From an uncultured Piscirickettsiaceae bacterium (GTDB taxonomy: Bacteria > Pseudomonadota > Gammaproteobacteria > Thiomicrospirales > Thiomicrospiraceae), in the NCBI GenBank assembly GCA_964601165.1, contig CAZRMK010000002.1, positions 1-53,175 on the forward strand: a stretch of DNA of 53,175 bases, in the 5' to 3' direction. Made by a program: the position numbers and the translations under genes. The notes beneath the pieces were generated by a model. It saw nothing but the letters and a program-made list of their open reading frames with translations, did no database searches and was not told where the DNA came from. This document shows positions 8,715 through 19,703 of this stretch, piece after piece. Every line of letters begins with the position of its first letter. Position 1 is the stretch's first letter.

Positions 8715-10112
8715 ATGAAAGATCAAGTTAAACAAATTCATTTCGTGGGTATCGGTGGTGTCGGCATGGCTGGCATTGCTGAAGTTTGTCTAAGTATGGG
8801 CTATATTGTTTCTGGTTCAGACCTCAAGCAAAATCCAACAGTATTACGCCTTATTTCATTAGGTGCAAATATTCAACTTGGTCATAATGCTGAGCAGGTT
8901 TCTCAAGCAGATGTCGTTGTGGTTTCAACGGCTATTCCTCAAGATAACCCTGAGTTAGATTTAGCTCGCGAGCACAGAATTCCTATTATACCTCGTGCCG
9001 CAATGCTGGCAGAATTAATGCGTTTGCAATATGGTATTGCCATTGCAGGTACTCATGGAAAAACTACCACAACCAGTCTAACCGCCGCTGTTTTAACGCA
9101 GGGAGGAGTTGATCCAACCTATGTGATAGGGGGGAAGCTTAATAAGTCTGGAGCTAATGCTTGTTTAGGAACTAGTCGTTATTTAGTTGCTGAAGCTGAT
9201 GAGTCAGATGCTTCTTTTTTGCACCTTACGCCGATGATGTCAGTGGTAACCAATATTGGTGAAGATCACATGGCAACCTATCACGGCAGTTATCAGAACC
9301 TTGAAAATACCTTTGTTGAATTTATTCACCGCTTACCTTTTTATGGGTTAGTTATTTTGTGCTTAGAAGATGAAAATGTGCGCAATTTAATTCCTAAGTT
9401 GAGTCGTAAAATTAAAACCTATGGATTTAGCGAAACGGCGGATGTGACAGCGTATGATATTCGACCCTGTGGTTTACAAACTAAATTTAAGGTGCAGGCA
9501 TTTAATTTAGAGGCTTTTGAGGTTTGTCTAAATCTTCCTGGCAGGCATAATGTGTTAAATTCTCTAGCCGCGATTACGATTGCGTTAGAGCTAGAAGTGA
9601 AAATTATTGATATTCAAAAAGGTCTGGAAGAATTCTCTGGCGTGGCACGACGTTTTGAAGTTTATCATAATGTAGTAGTAGGTCTTTCAAAGGTCACACT
9701 AGTGGATGATTATGGTCATCATCCTACTGAATTAGAAGCCACGATTGCAACCGCTCGGCTGGCTTTTCCTGAAAAACGTTTAGTGTTGGTGTTTCAGCCG
9801 CATCGTTATTCTCGAACTCGCGATTTATTTGATGGCTTTGTCAATGCTCTAATGGCAGTAGATATGTTAATTCTTTTAGATGTTTATGCAGCGGGGGAAG
9901 CTCCTTTAACCGCTTTTGATTCTAAGTCATTATTACAAGCGATGCGTTTGCGTGGCTATAAAGAAAGTATTCATGCAGAGAGCTTTCAGCAGCTTGATGG
10001 AGTGGTTGAAAATGTTTTATTAGAAAATGATTTGCTTTTAGTGATGGGAGCGGGAAGCATTGGTCAAGCTGTTAAAAACTGGATTGAAAAGCCTGAGATT
10101 AAAGTAATTTAA
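8715..10112 (+). CDS. murC: UDP-N-acetylmuramate--L-alanine ligase
   Basis: HFVGIGGVGM, AGTHGKTTTT, EADESD, DDYGHHPTE, FQPHRYSRT. Confidence 0.98.
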   Translation: MKDQVKQIHFVGIGGVGMAGIAEVCLSMGYIVSGSDLKQNPTVLRLISLGANIQLGHNAEQVSQADVVVVSTAIPQDNPELDLAREHRIPIIPRAAMLAELMRLQYGIAIAGTHGKTTTTSLTAAVLTQGGVDPTYVIGGKLNKSGANACLGTSRYLVAEADESDASFLHLTPMMSVVTNIGEDHMATYHGSYQNLENTFVEFIHRLPFYGLVILCLEDENVRNLIPKLSRKIKTYGFSETADVTAYDIRPCGLQTKFKVQAFNLEAFEVCLNLPGRHNVLNSLAAITIALELEVKIIDIQKGLEEFSGVARRFEVYHNVVVGLSKVTLVDDYGHHPTELEATIATARLAFPEKRLVLVFQPHRYSRTRDLFDGFVNALMAVDMLILLDVYAAGEAPLTAFDSKSLLQAMRLRGYKESIHAESFQQLDGVVENVLLENDLLLVMGAGSIGQAVKNWIEKPEIKVI

Positions 10113-10124
10113 GGGTAGTAATAA

Positions 10125-11030
10125 ATGACTGGTTTTGGTAAAGTAGCAGTTTTAATGGGTGGTATTTCTGCCGAAAGAGAGGTTTCTTTACAAAGTGGTT
10201 TGGCAGTAACCAAAGCTCTTTGTGCCAGCGGAATTGATGCAACTGCATGTGATGTAACTACGGTAGCAGATCTTGTAGATATAGCTAAAGAATACGACCG
10301 TGCTTTTATTGCACTGCATGGTCGCTGGGGAGAAGATGGAACGGTTCAAGGGATTTTTGAGTCCTTAAACTTTCCTTTTACTGGCAGTAATATGTCTGCT
10401 TCAGTCATTGCAATGGATAAACTAAGAACTAAATGGATGTGGCAAGGATCAGGTCTATCAACCCCGAAATTTATTAGGGTAAGCAATAATCTTCCCTTTA
10501 ATGAAGCGAGTTTTTCACTAGAATTTCCTATCATCGTTAAACCTGTTCACGAAGGTTCTAGTATTGGTATGCGTAAGGTCAATGATATGAGGTCTTTAGA
10601 ATCGGCTATTAAGTTTGCCCAGCAATATGATTCAGAGGTTTTAATTGAGCAATGGATTACGGGACAAGAATTTACCTGTAGCATTTTAAATGGCGAAGCA
10701 TTACCGCTAATTGAGTTAAAAACAACCCATGATTTTTATGATTATGAAGCTAAATATCAGTCAAATGATACCTTGTATATTTGTCCTGTGGAGTTGAGTA
10801 ATGAGCAACAAGAAAAGATTAGAATACAAGCCTTAGAGGCTTTTGAAGTGGTGGGTGCTAAAACTTGGGGCAGGGTAGATTTTATGTTGGATAGCAATAG
10901 TAAGGCTTGGTTAATTGAGTTAAATACCGTGCCGGGAATGACTAGTCATAGTTTAGTTCCTATGGCAGCTAAAGCACGAGGGATTTCTTTTCAGGGCTTG
11001 GTAAGACAGATTTTAGAATCGACATTATGA
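10125..11030 (+). CDS. ddl: D-alanine--D-alanine ligase
   Basis: GGISAEREVSL, LHGRWGEDG, EGSSIG, YDYEAKY, ELNTVPGMT. Confidence 0.97.
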   Translation: MTGFGKVAVLMGGISAEREVSLQSGLAVTKALCASGIDATACDVTTVADLVDIAKEYDRAFIALHGRWGEDGTVQGIFESLNFPFTGSNMSASVIAMDKLRTKWMWQGSGLSTPKFIRVSNNLPFNEASFSLEFPIIVKPVHEGSSIGMRKVNDMRSLESAIKFAQQYDSEVLIEQWITGQEFTCSILNGEALPLIELKTTHDFYDYEAKYQSNDTLYICPVELSNEQQEKIRIQALEAFEVVGAKTWGRVDFMLDSNSKAWLIELNTVPGMTSHSLVPMAAKARGISFQGLVRQILESTL

Positions 11031-11779
11031 GAACTTTTTTAAAAATGATCAAGAAAACAGGAATAGTTAAGCAGCGTGGAGTCTTATTGATCCTGTTGCT
11101 GTTTTTTATTCTTGGCTGGGGCTTTATCTCGTTGCAAGGAGAAGATTCAACCTTGCGTCCGATTACAGAATTTAAGTTGCTTTCACCGGTAAAAGAAGTT
11201 AATAAAGCTGGCATTGATGAAGTAATGGGAGCTTATTTAGGCAGTTCTTTTTGGGGAGTGAATTTAAATAATATACAAGCAGATTTAACAAAACTGGGAT
11301 GGGTGTATAAGGCTGAGGTTAAACGTCAGTGGCCTAATCGTTTATTGGTTCGTATTGAGGAACAAAAGCCAGTTGTCTTATGGGGAGATACGGCGTTATT
11401 AAATAAGTTTGGCGTGGTGTTTTACCCTAAAGAAATTAATCTTTTTCAAGATTTAGTGACGTTGCAAGGACCTCAACAAAATGCCAAAGTATTATTGTAC
11501 AAGCTTGCCAAGTTTCAAACGCAGTTTTCATTGCTAGATTGGTACATAAAAAAATTGACAGAGCAAGCAGATGGAGTATGGAAAATTGAGTTTGTTCAAG
11601 CACCAACTTTATTTCTGGGGCAAGACAATTGGCAAAATAGATTAGAGAGATTTATTAAAGCCTATCCAAAAGTTAGCCTTTCAGTAAGAAAAAACGCAGA
11701 ACAAATCGATTTACGCTATAGTAATGGGTTCGTTATAAAGCAAAATCGTAGTATTTTAGAAGACATATCAAGTAAATAA
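11027..11779 (+). CDS. ftsQ: Cell division protein FtsQ
   Basis: Single TM segment, POTRA domain (WVYKAEVKRQWPNRL), IDLRYSNGF; position between ddl and ftsA. Confidence 0.93.
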   Translation: MRTFLKMIKKTGIVKQRGVLLILLLFFILGWGFISLQGEDSTLRPITEFKLLSPVKEVNKAGIDEVMGAYLGSSFWGVNLNNIQADLTKLGWVYKAEVKRQWPNRLLVRIEEQKPVVLWGDTALLNKFGVVFYPKEINLFQDLVTLQGPQQNAKVLLYKLAKFQTQFSLLDWYIKKLTEQADGVWKIEFVQAPTLFLGQDNWQNRLERFIKAYPKVSLSVRKNAEQIDLRYSNGFVIKQNRSILEDISSK

Positions 11780-11786
11780 CTTAGAG

Positions 11787-11818
11787 CCTAAATCCTGCAA
11801 GTGCTTGTGGGATTTAGG
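11787..11818. repeat. MITE family A, 32-bp minimal form
   Basis: CCTAAATCCTGCAAGTGCTTGTGGGATTTAGG; flanks TAGAG/TAGAA. Confidence 0.85.
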
Positions 11819-11866
11819 TAGAAGTCTCACAGAATTTCAACATACTTATATATAGGCTCCTTAAAC

Positions 11867-13129
11867 ATGGCACGAAAGCAAATTTCAAATGATAAGATTA
11901 TCATTGGATTAGATATTGGAACCTCTAAAGTTGCGGCAATTATCGGTAAAATAAAGTCCGATGGGAGTATTGAGGTTGTTGGCTTAGGTAGCCACCCTTC
12001 AAAAGGTTTAAAAAAAGGGGTGGTGGTTAACATTGAGGCGACTGTTGAGTCGATTCAGCGCGCTATTGATGAAGCTGAAAGAATGTCTGGTTGTACGGCA
12101 AAGTCGGTTTATGTAGGAGTTGCAGGTAATCATATTTCTAGTTTTAACTCTAACGGAATGGTTGCTATTAGCCAACAAGAAGTTCAGCAAGAAGATGTTG
12201 AGCGAGTGATTGATGCCGCTAAAACACTTGCAATCCCTGGAGATCAGGAGGTTTTACACATATTGCCTCAGGAGTTTATGATTGATAATCAGGGTGGAAT
12301 TCGTGAACCAATTGGCATGTCAGGGGTGCGGTTAGAGGCTAAAGTGCATATGGTAACCGGCTCGGTTAGTGCTGCACAAAATATTATTAAGTGCGTGGAA
12401 CGTTGTGGTCTTGAAGTGGCAGACTTGATTCTTGAACAGCTCGCATCAAGTGAAGCTGTTTTGTCAGAGGATGAAAAAGAGTTGGGGGTTTGTCTGGTTG
12501 ATATTGGCGGTGGAACAACCGATATTGCGGTTTTTCAGCATGGAGCCATTCGTCATACAGCCGTTATTCCTATCGCAGGCGATCAAGCCACTAACGATAT
12601 TGCTCATGCCTTTCGAACCCCAACCAGTGCTGCAGAAGATATTAAAAAGCGCTATGCTTGTGCAATCTCTCAACTGATTGCCAATGATGAAGAAATTGAA
12701 GTGCCTAGTGTGGGGGACAGGCCTGCTAGGTGTTTATCCCGTCATTCCTTAGTGGATGTTATTGAACCCCGTTACACCGAACTTTTTCAATTGATTCAAG
12801 CAGAGTTAAAACGTGCTGATTTCGATAATAAACTGGCAGCAGGAGTGGTTCTTACTGGAGGAAGCTCCTTATTAGCTGGGGCGGTTGAGCTGGCAGAGGA
12901 GGTGTTTCACATGCCTGTTCGCTTGGGAAGCCCTCAAGAAGTGGTTGGGCTGGCCAAAGAAGTAAGTAGTCCAGAATTTGCGACGACAGTTGGATTGTTG
13001 GTTTTTGCTAAGGAACACCAAAATACTACTTCTGGAATGGCAGCAAATATACAGCATGAAGTTAGATTAAAGCATGACTTCAAGTCGGTTTTTAAAATCA
13101 TGCAGAATTGGTTTAAAAAGAGTTTTTGA
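11867..13129 (+). CDS. ftsA: Cell division protein FtsA
   Basis: GLDIGTSKV, VDIGGGTTD, VLTGGSS, C-terminal amphipathic helix MQNWFKKSF. Confidence 0.98.
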   Translation: MARKQISNDKIIIGLDIGTSKVAAIIGKIKSDGSIEVVGLGSHPSKGLKKGVVVNIEATVESIQRAIDEAERMSGCTAKSVYVGVAGNHISSFNSNGMVAISQQEVQQEDVERVIDAAKTLAIPGDQEVLHILPQEFMIDNQGGIREPIGMSGVRLEAKVHMVTGSVSAAQNIIKCVERCGLEVADLILEQLASSEAVLSEDEKELGVCLVDIGGGTTDIAVFQHGAIRHTAVIPIAGDQATNDIAHAFRTPTSAAEDIKKRYACAISQLIANDEEIEVPSVGDRPARCLSRHSLVDVIEPRYTELFQLIQAELKRADFDNKLAAGVVLTGGSSLLAGAVELAEEVFHMPVRLGSPQEVVGLAKEVSSPEFATTVGLLVFAKEHQNTTSGMAANIQHEVRLKHDFKSVFKIMQNWFKKSF

Positions 13130-13192
13130 AGATTTTGATATGAAATTTGTGATAAAATCGCTCGCTTAGATAAAATTTTATGGATGAGATGA

Positions 13193-14110
13193 GTGAATCA
13201 AAGAACTCTTGCAAATAGTATTAAAGCAAAAGGTGTCGGTCTACATACTGGTCATGAAGCCTTGATAACTCTTAGGTCTGCCCCTGTCGATACCGGTATT
13301 ATATTTCGTCGTGTTGATTTAGATCCTGTTGTGGTATTTAAAGTGTCGCCTGATTTAGTTGGTGAAACAATGTTATGTACTACGATTGTTGCTTCGTCTA
13401 ATGGTGAATTAGCAAAGATTGCCACAATAGAGCATTTAATGTCAGCTTTTGCGGGGGTAGGGGTTGATAACCTTTATGTTGATATTACCTCTGATGAGGT
13501 GCCGATTATGGATGGTAGTTCTTCGTACTTTGTTTTCTTGTTACAATCTGCTGGCATCAAAGTTCAGGATGCTCCTAAAAAATTTATTCGTATCCTAAAA
13601 GAAATATATGTCGAGAATGGTAAAGGCAGTTCTGCCTCTTTTAAGCCTTATGAAGGTTATAGGCTGACTTTTTCAATCGAATTTGATCATCCTGCATTTG
13701 ACCAAACTGCAGAAACAATGACTTTAGAATTTTCTTCAACCTCTTATTTTAAAGAAGTAAGTCGAGCACGTACTTTTGGGTTTATGGAAGACATGGAAAT
13801 GTTACGCTCAAAAAATCTTGGTCTGGGTGCAGGGCTACATAACGCCATAGGATTGGATGATAGTGGTGTTATGAATGAAGATGGCTTGCGTGATAAAGAT
13901 GAATTCGTTAGGCATAAAATACTCGATGCGATAGGCGATTTATTTATGGCAGGGCATCCTATCGTAGGAGAATTTACTGCTCATAAGTCAGGGCACGCCT
14001 TGAATAACCAACTGTTAAAAGCTCTTATTTCTGATAAAACAGCCTATGAAATTGTCACTTACAAAGACAATTCACCTATTCAATACAGTAGTAGTAAAAT
14101 CTTGGGCTAA
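13193..14110 (+). CDS. lpxC: UDP-3-O-acyl-N-acetylglucosamine deacetylase
   Basis: QRTL..GVGLHTG, TIEHLMSA, PIMDGSS, ARTFGF, RHKILDAIGDL. Confidence 0.97.
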   Translation: MNQRTLANSIKAKGVGLHTGHEALITLRSAPVDTGIIFRRVDLDPVVVFKVSPDLVGETMLCTTIVASSNGELAKIATIEHLMSAFAGVGVDNLYVDITSDEVPIMDGSSSYFVFLLQSAGIKVQDAPKKFIRILKEIYVENGKGSSASFKPYEGYRLTFSIEFDHPAFDQTAETMTLEFSSTSYFKEVSRARTFGFMEDMEMLRSKNLGLGAGLHNAIGLDDSGVMNEDGLRDKDEFVRHKILDAIGDLFMAGHPIVGEFTAHKSGHALNNQLLKALISDKTAYEIVTYKDNSPIQYSSSKILG

Positions 14111-14532
14111 TCAGTGCGTTTACTAAGGTTTTCTAATGCTTGCTTTAACCCCTTTGAAGTAACTTTTTGACTTAAAGATTGCATTTCTATTGCGACATTT
14201 TTACTTAATTTTTCCATGGTAACAGGTTTTAAGATCTTTCTTTCAGCTAAAGGAATAATTTGTATTTTGAGATTGTTTAGGTTCAAGTGTGGAAAGTGGT
14301 TGCGGTAAGCTGCCAATATCTCAGGAGCATGGAATCGCAACTGAGTTGCCCATAAATTATCATCTAACTGACAAATTAAATTGTTTTTTTCAAAGCTGAC
14401 CCCTGCTAAGTGTTGTGCTAGTTTATGGGGTAAACAAGATTTTCCTAAATCCAATAGAGCTTGATAAAGTTGTACCTGCTCCATTATGTTATTTAATCCA
14501 TCTCCTGTTTGTTTAAGTGCTGAATTCATCAT
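14107..14532 (-). CDS. dciA: DUF721 / DciA-family protein
   Basis: WATQLRF motif, C-terminal LKQALENLSK helix, conserved position between lpxC and secA. Confidence 0.7.
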   Translation of the reverse strand: MMNSALKQTGDGLNNIMEQVQLYQALLDLGKSCLPHKLAQHLAGVSFEKNNLICQLDDNLWATQLRFHAPEILAAYRNHFPHLNLNNLKIQIIPLAERKILKPVTMEKLSKNVAIEMQSLSQKVTSKGLKQALENLSKRTD

Positions 14533-14637
14533 TGTTTAATCTTGTTCTATGCTAGAATATTATCATATATTATCATATTTTCTCTTAAGCCCTAAATGAA
14601 GTAGGGTTTATGTTACTTTTATCTGGAAACACCTCGT

Positions 14638-17370
14638 ATGCCCTTAAATATCTTTAAAAATTTTTTTAGTAGCCGTAATGATCGATTATTAAAACAATAT
14701 AGTAAACGTGTTGCTCAAATTAATTCTCTAGAAGACAGTTATGCGAAATTATCTGATGCAGAATTAAAGGCCAAAACTGCAGAATTTAAACAACGTTTAC
14801 AAGCAGAAGGAGCTTCTTTAGAAAGTATTCTTCCAGAAGCATTTGCAACGGTTAGAGAAGCAAGTAAGCGTGTTTTAGAAATGCGCCACTACGATGTTCA
14901 GTTAATAGGTGGCATGGCATTACATGACGGTAATATTGCAGAAATGCGTACAGGTGAAGGAAAAACTTTAGTTGCAACTCTACCTGTTTATCTAAATGCT
15001 CTAACAGAAAAAGGCGTTCATGTGGTAACGGTGAACGATTATTTAGCGTCTCGAGATGGGCTTTGGATGGGAGGCTTATATGAGTTTTTAGATTTAACTA
15101 CAGGAGTTATTGCTTCTGGTCAATCAGCTCAAGAAAAACAACTAGCTTATGCAATGGATGTTACCTATGGGACCAATAATGAATTTGGTTTTGATTATCT
15201 TCGCGATAACATGGCGATTCATGCTGAAGAAAGAGTTATGCGTGGGCAAAACTTTGGTCTAATTGATGAAGTTGATTCTATCTTAATTGATGAAGCAAGA
15301 ACCCCGTTGATTATTTCTGGGCCAGCGGAAGACAAGAGTGAGCTTTATCGTAAAATTGGGCCTTTGGTCTTGCCTTTGGAGCGTGGTGAAGAAAATGAAG
15401 AAGAAAAAACCACAACAGGTGATTACACGGTTGATGAAAAGCATAAGCAACTTCATGTAACCGATGAAGGTTTTGATAAATTAGAAGTTTCTTTAACCGA
15501 AATTGGCTTGTTAAAGGAAGGTGGTTCTTTGTATGATGCCGAACATATAGGTTTGGTAAAACAGATTAATGCTTCTTTAAGAGCTCATGTTCTGTTTGAA
15601 AATAATACTGACTATATCGTTGAAAATGATGAAGTGGTTATTATTGATGAGTTCACAGGAAGAAAAATGCCAGGGCGACGTTGGGGAGAAGGATTGCACC
15701 AAGCGGTTGAGGCAAAAGAAGGGGTAAATATTCAATCTGAAAGTCAAACTTACGCTTCTATTACCTTTCAAAATTATTTTAGACAGTATGATAACCTGTC
15801 AGGTATGACAGGAACAGCGGACACCGAAGCTTCTGAGTTTTTATCTACTTATGGTTTAGAAGTGGTGGTGGTTCCCCCTAATCTTATTCCTCAAAGGAAA
15901 GATTTGCCAGACTTGGTGTTTTTGGAAATGGAAGGCAAATTTTCTGCAATTATTAAAGATATTAAAATCATTCATGCAACCAAGCAGCCAATTTTAGTAG
16001 GAACAGCTTCAATTGCAATGTCTGAAAAACTCTCTAGTTTATTGACTCAAGAAAAAGTTAAGCATAATGTTTTAAATGCCAAACAAAATGAGAGAGAAGC
16101 TTATATTATTGCAGACGCAGGACGGGTTGGGGCGATTACTATTGCGACTAATATGGCAGGGAGGGGAACAGATATTGTTTTAGGTGGTAATTATGAAATG
16201 GAAATAAAAGATTTAGAAAATCCTACCCCTGAAAAAGAAGCCGAGATTAAAAGTGCATGGCAAATTAGTCATGATGAAGTGTTAAGCTATGGTGGCTTAA
16301 TGGTGTTAGGAACTGAGCGCCATGAGTCTAGACGAATTGATAATCAGTTGCGTGGTCGTTCAGGTCGTCAAGGAGATGTTGGAGGAACCCGTTTTTACCT
16401 TTCACTTGATGATGATTTGATGCGCCGCTTTGCTTCGGAAGGGGTTAAAACTATGATGCGTAAAATTGGCATGCGTGCAGATGAGCCGATTGAACACAAA
16501 ATGGTTTCCAAATCGATTGCACGTGCTCAAAAACAAGTTGAGCAAATGTATCAAGATGAGCGAGCGAACTTATTAAAATTTGATAATATTTCTAATGAAC
16601 AGAGAAAAGTTGTTTATTCGCAACGTAATGATCTTATGGAAACCGAAGATGTTTCTGAAACTGTTGGGGACATTCGTGCAACCGTGCTAACTAATGTTAT
16701 GGAAAATTATATTTTGCCAGGAAGTTTGGCGGAGCAGTGGGATGTAGGGGGTTTAGAAAAATATTTATTAGAAGAATTTGGTATTACTGCTAATATTCAA
16801 GCATGGTTAGATGAAGATAAAGATTTATTTGAAGAGAGCTTGCTAGAGAAATTAATTACAGAATCAGCTGTTCAATATAAAGCTAAGATGGCAGTGTTAG
16901 ATGAGCGCACTTTAAAACATTTTGAAAAAGAAGTTTTATTGAGAACGGTTGACCAGCAATGGCGACAGCACTTAATGGAAATGGATTATTTACGTCGCTG
17001 GATTCATCTTAAAGGTTATGCTCAACAAGAGCCTTTTCAGCAATATCGTGAACAGGCTGTTGAAATGTTTGATTCCTTCTTAAATGAAGTTATGCTTGAA
17101 ACCATTCAAACCTTATCTCGTATTCAAATTAAAGGTCATGATGACGTGGATGCTTTTGAACAGGCTCAGGAAGAAGAGAGGCCTAAAGGGTTAACAGCGA
17201 CACACCCTGCTGCACAAACGCTTGCAGATGAACGTGAGTTAGAAGAAAAACCAGCTGTAGCTCCGCAAACCACACCCTTTAAGCGTGAATCTCCTAAAGT
17301 AGGGCGTAACGATCCTTGTCCTTGTGATTCAGGTAAGAAATATAAACAGTGTTGTGGAAAGTTAACTTAA
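14638..17370 (+). CDS. secA: Preprotein translocase subunit SecA
   Basis: [46 protein letters not shown] motif GRNDPCPC. Confidence 0.99.
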   Translation: MPLNIFKNFFSSRNDRLLKQYSKRVAQINSLEDSYAKLSDAELKAKTAEFKQRLQAEGASLESILPEAFATVREASKRVLEMRHYDVQLIGGMALHDGNIAEMRTGEGKTLVATLPVYLNALTEKGVHVVTVNDYLASRDGLWMGGLYEFLDLTTGVIASGQSAQEKQLAYAMDVTYGTNNEFGFDYLRDNMAIHAEERVMRGQNFGLIDEVDSILIDEARTPLIISGPAEDKSELYRKIGPLVLPLERGEENEEEKTTTGDYTVDEKHKQLHVTDEGFDKLEVSLTEIGLLKEGGSLYDAEHIGLVKQINASLRAHVLFENNTDYIVENDEVVIIDEFTGRKMPGRRWGEGLHQAVEAKEGVNIQSESQTYASITFQNYFRQYDNLSGMTGTADTEASEFLSTYGLEVVVVPPNLIPQRKDLPDLVFLEMEGKFSAIIKDIKIIHATKQPILVGTASIAMSEKLSSLLTQEKVKHNVLNAKQNEREAYIIADAGRVGAITIATNMAGRGTDIVLGGNYEMEIKDLENPTPEKEAEIKSAWQISHDEVLSYGGLMVLGTERHESRRIDNQLRGRSGRQGDVGGTRFYLSLDDDLMRRFASEGVKTMMRKIGMRADEPIEHKMVSKSIARAQKQVEQMYQDERANLLKFDNISNEQRKVVYSQRNDLMETEDVSETVGDIRATVLTNVMENYILPGSLAEQWDVGGLEKYLLEEFGITANIQAWLDEDKDLFEESLLEKLITESAVQYKAKMAVLDERTLKHFEKEVLLRTVDQQWRQHLMEMDYLRRWIHLKGYAQQEPFQQYREQAVEMFDSFLNEVMLETIQTLSRIQIKGHDDVDAFEQAQEEERPKGLTATHPAAQTLADERELEEKPAVAPQTTPFKRESPKVGRNDPCPCDSGKKYKQCCGKLT

Positions 17371-17371
17371 A

Positions 17372-17437
17372 CCTAAATCCTGCAAGTGCTTGCACACATA
17401 TAGAACTATATATGCACAATCATTTGCAGGGTTTAGG
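17372..17437. repeat. MITE family A, 66-bp internally deleted form
   Basis: Both A ends joined by CATATAGAACTATATATG; flanks TTAAA/TTAAT; starts 1 nt after the secA stop. Confidence 0.88.
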
Positions 17438-17491
17438 TTAATCAGAGGCTACTTGGACTCTAATTTCTGTTTTATAAATACAAGAATAACT

Positions 17492-17518
17492 AAAATCCAC
17501 ACTAACCTGTGGATTTTT
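17492..17518 (+). terminator. Hairpin / possible intrinsic terminator between secA and argJ
   Basis: AAAATCCACA-ctaacc-TGTGGATTTTT. Confidence 0.5.
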
Positions 17519-17534
17519 GTTTTCTAGGAGAATA

Positions 17535-18746
17535 ATGATGGCAAGTGTAATTAATAATCACCCAGTATCAGGAGCGTATTTAGGCACCACTGCCGCTAAT
17601 CTTAAAAAGAATGGTAAGCCAGATTTAGTGGTGATAGAGTTTTGTGAAGGAAGTATAACGGCGGCTAGTTTTACTCAAAATGCTTTTTGTGCGGCTCCAG
17701 TCATCTTAGCAAAAAATAACTTATCTCAGACAAACCCAAGAGCATTGTTGATAAATGCTGGCAATGCTAATGCGGGAATGGGAGAAAAAGGGTTGGAGGA
17801 TGCTAAGCAGACTTGTCAATGGTTAGCTGAAGAATTAGGTCATGCAGAGAACGAAATTTTACCCTTTTCTACAGGGGTGATAGGTGAAGATATGCCCATG
17901 AAAAAGTTTGAGTTAGGTCTTCCTCATGCCATTGCAAGCTTATCTATCACGGGTTGGGGTGCGGCGGCTAAAGCCATTATGACGACCGACTTGGCTGCAA
18001 AGCAAGTCAGTAAACAAATTGAAGTTGATGGTGCTTTGATTACGATTACAGGAATGTCTAAAGGTTCGGGGATGATTCATCCTAATATGGCAACTATGTT
18101 GGGGTTTGTGGTAACTGATGCCAGGATTAGTCAGCTTTGTTTGCAACAGGCCTTGAATGATGCAGTGAAATTGTCTTTTAATCGCATTACTGTAGATGGT
18201 GACACTTCTACCAATGATGCCTGTACTTTAACCGCAACACAGCAGGCCGACATGACGCTAATTGATTCGACCGACTCTGTTGCTTATCAATCTTTTGCCA
18301 AGCTTGTTTTAGAGGTCATGACCGAACTAGCTTTAATGATTGTTCGAGATGGTGAAGGAGCGACTAAATTTGTTACGATTGAGGTGAATGAGGGAAATAG
18401 TTCAGATGAGTGTTTACAGGTGGCAAATACCGTTGCATTATCACCTTTAGTTAAAACCGCTTTATTTGCTTCAGATCCTAACTGGGGTAGAATTTTAGCC
18501 GCAGTAGGTCGGTCAGGTTTAGATAATTTAGATATTAATACTCTAGAAATTTATCTTGGAGAAGTCTGTATTGTTAAAAATGGAGGACGTTATGAAAGTT
18601 ATACTGAAGAAGCAGGTCAGATAGTGATGAATAAAACCGATATTAAAATCACTATTAATCTAAAGCGTGGTCAAGCTTCTGCAACAATTTGGACTACGGA
18701 TTTTTCTTATGATTACGTTAAAATTAATGCAGAATATCGCTCTTAA
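17535..18746 (+). CDS. argJ: Bifunctional glutamate/ornithine acetyltransferase ArgJ
   Basis: NAGNANA, IMTTD, KGSGMIHPNMATML, DGDTSTND, YVKINAEYRS; ATG follows AGGAG. Confidence 0.97.
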   Translation: MMASVINNHPVSGAYLGTTAANLKKNGKPDLVVIEFCEGSITAASFTQNAFCAAPVILAKNNLSQTNPRALLINAGNANAGMGEKGLEDAKQTCQWLAEELGHAENEILPFSTGVIGEDMPMKKFELGLPHAIASLSITGWGAAAKAIMTTDLAAKQVSKQIEVDGALITITGMSKGSGMIHPNMATMLGFVVTDARISQLCLQQALNDAVKLSFNRITVDGDTSTNDACTLTATQQADMTLIDSTDSVAYQSFAKLVLEVMTELALMIVRDGEGATKFVTIEVNEGNSSDECLQVANTVALSPLVKTALFASDPNWGRILAAVGRSGLDNLDINTLEIYLGEVCIVKNGGRYESYTEEAGQIVMNKTDIKITINLKRGQASATIWTTDFSYDYVKINAEYRS

Positions 18747-18761
18747 AGCTCTTAATAATTT

Positions 18762-19703
18762 ATGAATCAAGTTATTGAAATCGCCGTAGGAATTTTAAAG
18801 TCGGGTAATGAGGTATTACTTTCTCAGCGTCAGCCTCACCAAGATTTAGCAGGGTATTGGGAGTTTCCAGGTGGAAAAATTACAAAAGGGGAGTCACCAG
18901 AACAGGCCTTAGAAAGAGAGTTCTTTGAAGAAGTTGGGATTGTTACCACAAACTGGCAAGCCTTAATTCAAATTCCTTGGGAGTATGAAGATAAAAAAGT
19001 TTTGTTGCAAGTTTATCAGACGACCCAATTCTCAGGAGAAGTTTTTGGTAAAGAAGGGCAAAAAATACAATGGTGTATTCAAGAAGAACTTAAAAACAAA
19101 TCTTTTCCTCAAGCAAATAAAGGAATTTTAACTTCTCTGGCTTTACCAAAAACTTATGTGATTTCAGGTCACTTTGATGATGAAAAAGATGCTCTATTCC
19201 GAATTAAAAAGGCTTTAGATAAGGGTGAAAAGCTTTTGCAGTTACGAGCTAAAAGCATGGATAAAGGGGTGTTTGTTGCTTTGGCAAAGAAAGCGGTTAG
19301 ATTAGTTCATCAATATGATGGAGCAAAAATGTTATTGAATGGCAAGGTTAGTTGTTTAGATCTTGTGCCAGAAGCGGATGGACTGCAACTGTCTTCTCGG
19401 GCTTTGAAGCGTTTGACACAAAGACCTATTTCGTCAGATAAGCTATTAGGCGTATCCACTCACTCTGAGTTGGAAGTGGCTAAGGCTATTTCTTTAGGGG
19501 CTGACTTCATATTACTTTCTCCTGTTAAGAAAACTCTGACGCACCCTGATGCTTTAGGGATGGGTTGGGAAGCTTTTCAGTCGATAGTCGCCAGAACTCC
19601 TATACCTGTTTATGCTTTAGGAGGAATGAAATTGACTGATATTAGTGAGGCTCAAAAAAGAGGAGCTCAAGGAATCGCAGCTATTTCAGAATTGTGGATT
19701 TAA
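18762..19703 (+). CDS. mutT: MutT/Nudix hydrolase fused to a thiamine-phosphate-synthase-like domain
   Basis: Nudix box WEFPGGK...ALEREFFEEVGI; C-terminal TIM barrel motifs QLRAK, SPVKKTLTHP, ALGG. Confidence 0.88.
   Translation: MNQVIEIAVGILKSGNEVLLSQRQPHQDLAGYWEFPGGKITKGESPEQALEREFFEEVGIVTTNWQALIQIPWEYEDKKVLLQVYQTTQFSGEVFGKEGQKIQWCIQEELKNKSFPQANKGILTSLALPKTYVISGHFDDEKDALFRIKKALDKGEKLLQLRAKSMDKGVFVALAKKAVRLVHQYDGAKMLLNGKVSCLDLVPEADGLQLSSRALKRLTQRPISSDKLLGVSTHSELEVAKAISLGADFILLSPVKKTLTHPDALGMGWEAFQSIVARTPIPVYALGGMKLTDISEAQKRGAQGIAAISELWI

Noticed and set aside
14557-14579. Tandem ATATTATCAT repeat between dciA and secA as a Fur box
   Set aside because: The GATAAT hexamers are 10 bp apart in direct orientation, not the 7-1-7 geometry; more likely AT-rich promoter sequence
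18762-19703. Nudix-ThiE fusion as a novelty
   Set aside because: This fusion after secA-argJ is common in Gammaproteobacteria
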